A stretch of 55,878 nt of DNA from a virus (lineage: Duplodnaviria > Heunggongvirae > Uroviricota > Caudoviricetes): the IMG/VR virus record IMGVR_UViG_2839610755_000009; one strand, given 5' to 3'. Every line of letters starts with the position of its first letter. Position 1 is the stretch's first letter. The position numbers and the translations under genes are program-made. Positions 43,314 through 50,880 of this stretch are shown here, one piece after another. The notes beneath the pieces are model-generated. The model saw nothing but the letters and a program-made list of their open reading frames with translations, made no database searches and had not been told where the DNA came from.

Positions 43314-43730
43314 GTGTCTCAACCACTTTCGGAAATATTGACATGGGATGATGAACAATGGGAGGTATTTGTCCATGATTGGCTTATTGTCTGTAAATCA
43401 GATGATTACCCGTGGAGCGAACGTTTGGGAGGAGCTGGAGATAAAGGTAGAGACGTTGTTGGATATAAATCGGATCCTAACGTAGAAGGTTATTCTTGGG
43501 ATAATTATCAATGCAAACTGTACAAAAAAAGTTTAGGGTTCTCTGATGTTGTAGTTGAGTTTGGAAAACTTATCTATTTTACTCTGAATGGTGATTATCC
43601 CATCCCTCAGAAGTACTTTTTTGTGGCACCCTATGATTTATCTACTACATTTTCTAATTTATTGAAAAATAAAAACGAGCTTAAAAAAGCAGTCCTTGAT
43701 TCATGGGATTCAGCAATTTCAAAAAAATAA
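43314..43730 (+). CDS. cargo ORF A: PD-(D/E)xK-like nuclease domain (candidate effector N-terminus)
   Basis: 138 aa, GTG start 7 nt after AAGGAG; GGAGDKGRDVVGY ... YQCKLY resembles Mrr/NERD-type motif. Confidence 0.5.
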   Translation: MSQPLSEILTWDDEQWEVFVHDWLIVCKSDDYPWSERLGGAGDKGRDVVGYKSDPNVEGYSWDNYQCKLYKKSLGFSDVVVEFGKLIYFTLNGDYPIPQKYFFVAPYDLSTTFSNLLKNKNELKKAVLDSWDSAISKK

Positions 43731-44320
43731 CTAAAAAGATTGATATTCCATTAGATGATGAAATAAAAAAATATATTGAGGATTTTGATTTTAGTATTTT
43801 TTACTCTCTACCCTTATCATTGATTTTAAATGATATTGCAAATACACACCTTTATTTTAAGTACTTTAACGAGCTGTATGTCGTGAGAATCCCTCCAAAT
43901 GAAATTCCAACATACAATTCAAAAAAAGAGTCTGTATATGTTAATGCACGGCTTCAAGCCTATTCAGAGCATGGAAATAAAACTTATAGTTCTTTCTTAG
44001 AGCTTGATGATCCATACAGACGACACTTTAATAATAGTAGAAATGATTTTTATTTTGCATCTTCGCTTGAGGTTTTTGTCCGCGAAGTATTTAAAGATGA
44101 TGTATTCAAAGCATTGAAATGTTACATTTCATCTTCAATTGAACCCGTCTTTTATGAAGACCATAATTATGCATTTATTAGGTGTAATGCAGTCTTGAAG
44201 CAGGCTGTTCTGACACCAATTGCACATTCAGTACTATCAAAAATATGTGAAGCAAATGATAAAAAAGGAATATGCCATCATTTGGTTAATGATGGTGAAG
44301 TAATTTGGACGGTGAGATAA
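43703..44320 (+). CDS. cargo ORF B: probable C-terminal continuation of ORF A
   Basis: 205-aa ORF overlapping A by 28 nt, no SD; joins A by -1 shift at A7 tract. Confidence 0.45.
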   Translation: MGFSNFKKITKKIDIPLDDEIKKYIEDFDFSIFYSLPLSLILNDIANTHLYFKYFNELYVVRIPPNEIPTYNSKKESVYVNARLQAYSEHGNKTYSSFLELDDPYRRHFNNSRNDFYFASSLEVFVREVFKDDVFKALKCYISSSIEPVFYEDHNYAFIRCNAVLKQAVLTPIAHSVLSKICEANDKKGICHHLVNDGEVIWTVR

Positions 44321-44778
44321 TGGTTAGAATTTATAATTCAAGTTTAGAAGTGGCATGTCGAATGGCGAAAGTGCTCGTCGCTATTTATCCTTCTTCATTA
44401 AGCCTTGAACGGCTTATTTGTTTTGATTTTATTTTAGTAAATCTTAAGGATTTTTTACCTGAAGAGATTAGTCTTCATCCTCCAATACCCCGTAGAGATG
44501 CTCAGTTAGCCCTAAAACGAGAGATTGTTTTAGAATCATTGGCTTTGTTGCAAGGCTATGAACTAGCCTCAAAAATTTATACACATCGTGGTTTTGTATA
44601 TAAAGCTTCTGAAAAAACATATGCATTTACAAATTCTCTACATAATGAATATGTTGCGCAGATGGAGCATAATATAAATTTGGTGGTTAAGTTATATAGT
44701 GATATTCCTGATGAGCAGTTGCAATCAATTATAAAAAATAAAATTGGCAAATATGATATGGAATTTAATTATGAATGA
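44320..44778 (+). CDS. cargo ORF C: small helical protein (candidate middle component)
   Basis: 152 aa from ATG overlapping upstream stop (TAATG). Confidence 0.5.
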   Translation: MVRIYNSSLEVACRMAKVLVAIYPSSLSLERLICFDFILVNLKDFLPEEISLHPPIPRRDAQLALKREIVLESLALLQGYELASKIYTHRGFVYKASEKTYAFTNSLHNEYVAQMEHNINLVVKLYSDIPDEQLQSIIKNKIGKYDMEFNYE

Positions 44779-45403
44779 CAATTTTTTTACGTTCAGAAAA
44801 ATAAAGGTAACCGGATTCAATAAATTAGATGCTATAATTGAATTTGGTTCTAAATTGACTATTTTATATGGTGGTTCTGACTCTGGAAAAACATACATAT
44901 ATTATTTGATTCGATATTTATTAGGGAGTGAAAAACTAAAAAATAAAGATATCGATCATGCTCAAGGTTATGATTTAGCCTATCTGGAATTTAATTTTCA
45001 AGGTAGGGTAATGACAATTGAGAGGTCTCTTCAGGATAGCGCCCATTACAGATTATATGATTCGAGCATTGAAAATGTTAGTGAAGCTAATCTGTTGATG
45101 GTTTTTTCCAAAAGTGCTTCGTCTAAAAAGAGTTTTTCATCATACTTTTATGGTAGGTTGAATTTCAAAGAGGCTAAAGTAAGAACAAACTTAAGTAATA
45201 CTCTTCATAAATTTAATCTTAATAATGTTTTTGAATTTTTTTGTATTGATGAATTAAGAGTGTTAACTGAGAAGTCGTTAATTCTTTCTGATATTCCTAG
45301 CGAGGAGACAAAAAGAAAGTCTGAATTTAAATTCCTTTTAACTCAGAGAGATGATACTAACTCCTTAGCAGAAAAACCAAATAAAAAAGCAAGATATTTT
45401 TAA
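44771..45403 (+). CDS. cargo ORF D: ABC/SMC-like ATPase N-terminal head (Walker A)
   Basis: P-loop ILYGGSDSGKTYIY; ATGAATGA overlap with ORF C. Confidence 0.55.
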   Translation: MNDNFFTFRKIKVTGFNKLDAIIEFGSKLTILYGGSDSGKTYIYYLIRYLLGSEKLKNKDIDHAQGYDLAYLEFNFQGRVMTIERSLQDSAHYRLYDSSIENVSEANLLMVFSKSASSKKSFSSYFYGRLNFKEAKVRTNLSNTLHKFNLNNVFEFFCIDELRVLTEKSLILSDIPSEETKRKSEFKFLLTQRDDTNSLAEKPNKKARYF

Positions 45404-45433
45404 AAAAATCAAATTGCAAATATTTATGAGGAA

Positions 45434-46024
45434 TTGAAAGCGCAATTAATTTATCCTGAATATGATCAAGTCATTGTTTCAAGAGAACTTGAGAAAGTAG
45501 AGCAAGATATTGAATCATCGAAAGATATATTGAAAGGTATTGTTGATGCACTTGATGATAAGAAGCAATTATTAAAAGAGTTAAGTGATGAATTATATTC
45601 AATCAGTGACAGGGAAAAATACTTATCATTACTCATTGAAAGATTTAGTCTTCTTAAAGACCAATACTTTATAGATCTACAAAGAATAGATGTTGTATCA
45701 CAGGCGAATTTCTATTTAAATAATTTTGCAGATATTTATTGTGAGTTCTGTAATACACCGCAAAAAAAAGAAAATGAAATATCATATGATGATTGTTTTT
45801 TGTCGTGTAATGCAGAAAAATTGAAAATCAAAAGCCAGCTGAAAGGATTAATTGAATCAATCGGATCTAATGTTCGCGAACATGAATTAATTATGTTAAG
45901 AAAAAATGATGTTAATGAAATTTATCAATCAGAAAAAAGTGATTTTAAGACGTTAGAAGATAAAAATATAAAACAATACATTCATCTCTTGAATCACTTT
46001 ATGAATATAAAGACAATCTTTTAA
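45434..46024 (+). CDS. cargo ORF E: coiled-coil segment of ATPase (in frame with D after a single TAA)
   Basis: 196-aa heptad-rich ORF without ATG start; same frame as D; CEFC...CFLSC cysteine cluster. Confidence 0.45.
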   Translation: MKAQLIYPEYDQVIVSRELEKVEQDIESSKDILKGIVDALDDKKQLLKELSDELYSISDREKYLSLLIERFSLLKDQYFIDLQRIDVVSQANFYLNNFADIYCEFCNTPQKKENEISYDDCFLSCNAEKLKIKSQLKGLIESIGSNVREHELIMLRKNDVNEIYQSEKSDFKTLEDKNIKQYIHLLNHFMNIKTIF

Positions 46025-46590
46025 TGGATCACACAAAACATAGCATTCTATCTTCATTACAAGATAAAGAAGATGATGTTGACGAACTTAAATACTCCGC
46101 CGAGGACTTTGACTCCTTAACAGTAGCTGATTTGTATGATATAGAAATAGCGATGCAAGACTTTTTGAATGATATAAATTTTGAAAATTCTAAAGATAAC
46201 AAAGTGCGATTTGACGAAGATACATATGACTTTAATATCAATGGGAAACGCCGAGGAATGTTTGGTAAAGGTACCCGTGCAGTAATGCATGCTATATTTA
46301 CCATTTGCTTTGCGGAATTTTTATCAAGAAAAGGGAATCCATTCATTGGATTTGTTGTGCTTGATAGTCCATTAGTGACGCACTTTGATAAAGATAGAGG
46401 GGGTTCTCTATCGGATGTTAATAGCGTCAGTCTCAGTGATTCATTTTATCACGCATTAATCAAAAGGGACTATAATTTCCAGATTGTAATTCTTGAGAAT
46501 AAAGGTCCGACGTTCCAAATAAAAATTAATGATGCAAATAAAATCCATAACTTAAATAAGAATGGAAGCTCTGGTTTTTATCCTGTTTAA
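46024..46590 (+). CDS. cargo ORF F: ABC/SMC-like ATPase C-terminal head (Walker B-like)
   Basis: 188 aa; FIGFVVLDSPL hydrophobic-strand-plus-acidic motif; TAATG junction with E. Confidence 0.5.
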   Translation: MDHTKHSILSSLQDKEDDVDELKYSAEDFDSLTVADLYDIEIAMQDFLNDINFENSKDNKVRFDEDTYDFNINGKRRGMFGKGTRAVMHAIFTICFAEFLSRKGNPFIGFVVLDSPLVTHFDKDRGGSLSDVNSVSLSDSFYHALIKRDYNFQIVILENKGPTFQIKINDANKIHNLNKNGSSGFYPV

Positions 46591-46999
46591 TACATTAAAA
46601 ATATAACTGCTAATTGGGGTGCTCGAAATTATATTTCGTTTCGAGCGCTCAGTTCATTTCTAAATAATTTGCAAAATTATTTTGGGTACTTTCGCCTCTA
46701 CACTTCCTTCGGGTGGTTCCACAATAATGGATCTCACCGGCGTTTGATATTTTATAATCTAACCCCTTAGCGCGCGCAGCCCCCCACGCCTGCTCGCTTC
46801 GCTTAACAGACTGGTTTTCATGCATTCCGCAAATCGTCTCAGAAGCCACCACACAAGGGCTTTCGCGTCAAAAATGGTGCATGAGAATCATGCGTTTTCA
46901 TGCGCTATAGACATGCACTCATGCGCTCTCAGGCCAGCCAGGGAAAAGGCGTAAAAAATCCCAGTACTGGACCGGGATTACGTGGGCTTTTTTTGCTAA

Positions 47000-47272
47000 T
47001 CAGACAGGAATTTGCTGACGGCTTGACAGCTTTGACGCGGAGCCATAGCGATTGAGAGTTTGCTGTTGTTTTTCCGGCATTTGTGCTTTCTCTGATTCCT
47101 GTTCATTGCGCCGGGGCTTCATGATTATCGTATCCACACTTTCCAGTGCGGTAAATGTGTAGGAACATTCAAGATTCTGGCACTGATACCATGAGCGTTT
47201 AACCGATGGTGCTTCATAGGCGGAGGTTCTGGCGTGTGCCGTCGTACCGCATTCGGGACATTTAAGTGCCAT
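47000..47272 (-). CDS. Ogr/Delta-type zinc-finger late-gene activator
   Basis: 90 aa; CPECGTTAHARTS...YQCQNLECSYTF matches Ogr/Delta zinc finger. Confidence 0.85.
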   Translation of the reverse strand: MALKCPECGTTAHARTSAYEAPSVKRSWYQCQNLECSYTFTALESVDTIIMKPRRNEQESEKAQMPEKQQQTLNRYGSASKLSSRQQIPV

Positions 47273-47277
47273 TAATA

Positions 47278-47829
47278 TTACTCCTGCATGCCGTTAATGT
47301 AATCCAGACGTTGCTGAAAGCGCAGTTGTTGTGCAGGGGTGTAAGAGCTCTGGCAATCACGAACCATCATGGGGTCAGGCATCACACCGGATTCATCCAG
47401 AATCATACGATAATCCCCGGCAATTTCAGGCGGTGTTATTGCCAGCTGGCGAACCAGAGCATTGCGTAATATACGGGACGCAACGTCAACCCCTCCGCGC
47501 CCCTTCAGGAACGGAGCCAGTGCAGATGTCAGGGCTGCTCCATTCGCCTGCATAAAATTGCTGAGAGCGTCTTCTGTGCAGGCCTCCATCAGTTGATGCT
47601 GCGAGTAAATGCATTCGCGCGCAGCACAGTTAATTTGCCATTTCAGCACATCCAGATGTTCCCGCTGTAATTCGAGCTGTCGAGCATAATCTGCTGGTTT
47701 TTCCATGGCAGTGAGGAGTGATTCTATCTGTTGTTCAACGGCTTTTCGGCTCTCACTATGTCCAGCCCACAGAATACGGGCATTTCTAAAACTGATAAGC
47801 GCTTGGTCTGGAGTGACTCGGGCCATCAT
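47278..47829 (-). CDS. Psu-like (polarity suppression) protein
   Basis: 183 aa, P4 psu position and size. Confidence 0.65.
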   Translation of the reverse strand: MMARVTPDQALISFRNARILWAGHSESRKAVEQQIESLLTAMEKPADYARQLELQREHLDVLKWQINCAARECIYSQHQLMEACTEDALSNFMQANGAALTSALAPFLKGRGGVDVASRILRNALVRQLAITPPEIAGDYRMILDESGVMPDPMMVRDCQSSYTPAQQLRFQQRLDYINGMQE

Positions 47830-48578
47830 ACTGCTTTCTCCTTCTCAGCACGTTCCTGACGAACCTTCATTTTATGCATAGCTGCTGGAGAGAGTTTATT
47901 ACTGAAATCCAGACGGGCCGCATAATCCGGGGCAACTCCCGCCAGTTTAAACACGGGGTCCTGTTCGGGCATCGCATCGTTAGTCAGAGCCGGTCTGGTG
48001 ATATGTTTATGAATAAAATCTTTCAGCAGTGTGTCCGGGTCATTAACTGAATGCACCACACCGACAACTGCGCTGGCTTCCCTGCCCATTGTTGATTTGA
48101 GCAGGCTTAGTGTCTGGATTAGTGCTTTTCCATGCGACTGCATAAAATCTTCCCAGATTTGTTTTGCGCGAATACCCACAAGGGTGTCGTGCGCGTGGAT
48201 ATACTTTCCGGCTAATTCCGCAGCCTCCTGCGGCAAAAGTGCATTTTCGCTTTCCTGAGCCGCCAGCAGCTCATCAAAATCCTCAAGCGTTTCTCGTCCC
48301 AGCGCAATTTCCGTGCGCAGTTTTTTCATTTCCTTTGAGACTACGCCCTGACTTTCACGAAATAGCGTGCGCCACTCCTCATTCAGGGCGTTCGTCGTGG
48401 CTTCCATTTCAGCGCGGCGCTGGCGGATTGTCGCAATATTATCCGCTGCCGCTTTTTGCTGACGACGTGCTTCAAGCCATGCAGATTTGGTGGCATTCAC
48501 TTTCTCAAGCGCCTGTTGCGTCGAAACAGGGATAGAAATTTCAACGATCGGGTTATTGTTCTGTTCTGGGATTGTCAT
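47826..48578 (-). CDS. Sid-like capsid size determination protein
   Basis: 250-aa helical protein upstream of psu in the same operon. Confidence 0.55.
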   Translation of the reverse strand: MTIPEQNNNPIVEISIPVSTQQALEKVNATKSAWLEARRQQKAAADNIATIRQRRAEMEATTNALNEEWRTLFRESQGVVSKEMKKLRTEIALGRETLEDFDELLAAQESENALLPQEAAELAGKYIHAHDTLVGIRAKQIWEDFMQSHGKALIQTLSLLKSTMGREASAVVGVVHSVNDPDTLLKDFIHKHITRPALTNDAMPEQDPVFKLAGVAPDYAARLDFSNKLSPAAMHKMKVRQERAEKEKAV

Positions 48579-49511
48579 GTCAGCACCTAGTGGTTTGTCG
48601 TGGTGTCAATTGTGCTGTGATGCATACAAAGCTGCCATTGAACGCCATTGTGCGAGCGACAAGACAAAGACTGAACCGCCCCGGACCTCTTTTGGCTAGC
48701 CAGAAAAGGCCTCGTTTAACTAAGGCTGTTTCAGACTTACCTTAACTATTCACTACTATTCACTTAGGTAAAAAAAATAGGTAATACAGAAGGTTATAAG
48801 GTGAAGGGTTGGCATGGCAGTATTCATCGACTGTTCATAACTGTTCACATGGGAATAAAATTATTTATGGTATTTTTTCATAATGGGTGGTTTTTTTATT
48901 CCTCGTAGCTATTTGTTTTTTGCTCCTCACCACTATTCACCCTTATTCAGGAGTATTCAACAGGCACATAAATAGACTGCATGTTTTTGCCGGGGAATAA
49001 CATTTTCGCCTCTGGCCATGGTGTTGCATTTCATACTGATTTTTATAAAACTAGATCTGTCCGGTTCTTTATGGATTCATTCGGATATATTTTACGATTT
49101 AAGGTGATGTTATTTAATATCAAGGTTTTTATGCAGGCCCAATGTTTATAAGTTGGATGCGATTCAAAAATATGCCCGGAAATTGGGGCCTGCAATGCAA
49201 GGCCTCGTGTAGAAGTTGTACTGCCTTGCTGTATTGGCGGTGGGGTTAGCACTATCAGGTGCAATGACCCATAGGATAGTAAACCCTGGGTGAATGGTAG
49301 TTCCTATTAATGCTCCTGTATTTATAGTCCGCAGGCATGGTATTTATTATGTCATTTTATATGGTTTAATCGGGCTTTAAATTCCATAAAATCAATATGT
49401 GACGCTAAATAAAAAATGCGTGCGCAGGTGGTTTATATACACATAATAAGGAACTACCTGAACCCGGATAAATTCATCCGGACTGTTGTGGAAATTAAAG
49501 AGGGTAGATAA

Positions 49512-49772
49512 ATGCGTAATATTTCTGTGTCTGCGCCAGCTCCTGCTGCGCCATTATTTCCTGTATCGAACCATCATGAGCGATTTTTACGCCTGCCTGA
49601 GGTGATGCACTTATGCGGGTTGTCCCGTTCGACCGTTTACGACCTGATCAGCCGCGATGCGTTTCCGAAGCAGATCCCGCTTGGCGGTAAAAATGTCGCC
49701 TGGGCACAGTCTGAGGTCAGCGCATGGATGGCGGACCGCATCAGCGCCCGTGGGCGGGGATGTGATGCATGA
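49512..49772 (+). CDS. alpA: AlpA-family transcriptional regulator
   Basis: 86 aa; [50 protein letters not shown]. Confidence 0.8.
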   Translation: MRNISVSAPAPAAPLFPVSNHHERFLRLPEVMHLCGLSRSTVYDLISRDAFPKQIPLGGKNVAWAQSEVSAWMADRISARGRGCDA

Positions 49773-49900
49773 TGATACCTGCATACATTAAATACCTTTA
49801 TTCTGGCTTGCTTACTGTCGTCATTTCCAGGTATAGTTTTTCCGCTGTCGCAAAATCGGCAGCCGGAATTGGCGTTCCGTATAACTTATTGGCGACAATT

Positions 49901-49922
49901 GACGCCCCTTGCGTCTTTTTTT
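49901..49922 (+). terminator. rho-independent terminator after alpA
   Basis: GACGC-CCCTT-GCGTC hairpin followed by T7. Confidence 0.65.
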
Positions 49923-49949
49923 ACGTCGTAGCTCAGGCACAACCATTTT

Positions 49950-50110
49950 CAGGGCTGTGGTGTTTATGCTTACACCATGGTTCTATCGAGATAATGGTAG
50001 TCCGGGCGGGGCAGCCTTCGGGCTGGCCGGTTTCCAATAAGGCCGGTTACGCCAACCCCGTTCGGGCTGCCACCAGTGAAATTGGCGTTTCCGGTGGTAG
50101 CAATAACCGC
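49950..50110 (+). ncRNA. candidate structured RNA (P4 CI/C4-like immunity RNA region)
   Basis: ORF-poor stretch with consecutive hairpins (GCAGCCTTCGGGCTGGC, CCGGTTTCCAATAAGGCCGG, GCTGCCACCAG...CCGGTGGTAGC). Confidence 0.3.
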
Positions 50111-50131
50111 TACTTATTGGAGGCTGCCATC

Positions 50132-50326
50132 ATGGCTACAATCCTCACCCCGTCACACCCGCAATATGTCTTTGTGTTTGCCGCAATCCGCCGTGCTGAC
50201 ACTCACCCCCGCATCTGTATGCTTCGCACTGTCTCCTGCGATGAGCGTTCCGCGCGCCGTTTGCTAGTCCGAGATTATGTACTCTCCCTTTCTGCACGGC
50301 TGCCTGCCGGGGAGGTGACGCTATGA
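50132..50326 (+). CDS. small hypothetical protein
   Basis: 64 aa from MATILTPSH with GGAGG SD. Confidence 0.5.
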   Translation: MATILTPSHPQYVFVFAAIRRADTHPRICMLRTVSCDERSARRLLVRDYVLSLSARLPAGEVTL

Positions 50327-50544
50327 ACCAGTTTGAGATTTCCTACGACGATGTTGTAAGGCTGAAACATTTACGCAATGTGGGTGAGTATGTAACTGGC
50401 ATGGCAGCCCTGCAGGACTGTTATGAAAAGCCAGCAGGTGCCCAATGCGAACAACTGGTTTCCCTCATTTATCTGATGACAGAGCAACTGGATGGAGTGG
50501 TGCAACGCTGCCATGACGACCTGATGAATGCGGAGGTGGCCTGA
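50323..50544 (+). CDS. hypothetical protein
   Basis: 73 aa, ATGA coupling. Confidence 0.45.
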   Translation: MNQFEISYDDVVRLKHLRNVGEYVTGMAALQDCYEKPAGAQCEQLVSLIYLMTEQLDGVVQRCHDDLMNAEVA

Positions 50545-50867
50545 TGATATGCTGTGAATCTCTTCTGGCACTTCGTGCCGCTCTGTATCGCCGTGCCGTT
50601 GCCTGTGCCTGGCTGGCTCTAAGCAATCATCAGGAACGTTATTCCGGCCTGACGCTCGCTGAACTTGAAGATGCCATAGCCCGCGAGCTGGAAGGGTTCT
50701 ATCTGCGCCAGCATGGGCAGCAAAGAGGGCTGGAAATTGCCTGCGCGTTGCTTTCGGATCTGATGGAGTCGGGGCCGCTTAAAGCCTGTCCGGTTCTCTC
50801 ACTGCTCGGAATGACGGTCATGGATGAACTTTGTTCCCGTCACCTCAACAAACCAGCGCTGCACTAA
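50544..50867 (+). CDS. hypothetical protein
   Basis: 107 aa, ATGA coupling, precedes primase. Confidence 0.45.
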   Translation: MICCESLLALRAALYRRAVACAWLALSNHQERYSGLTLAELEDAIARELEGFYLRQHGQQRGLEIACALLSDLMESGPLKACPVLSLLGMTVMDELCSRHLNKPALH

Positions 50868-50880
50868 GGAGGGCCGCACA

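Noticed and set aside
46621-46646. Hairpin GCTCGAAA...TTTCGAGC after the cargo cassette as an intrinsic terminator
   Set aside because: Perfect 8-bp stem but no following T-run; may be a regulatory or protein-binding hairpin instead
49769-50131. 185-aa ORF as one protein
   Set aside because: N-terminal two thirds overlap a terminator and hairpin-rich region with atypical composition; internal start with strong SD at 50132 is more plausible
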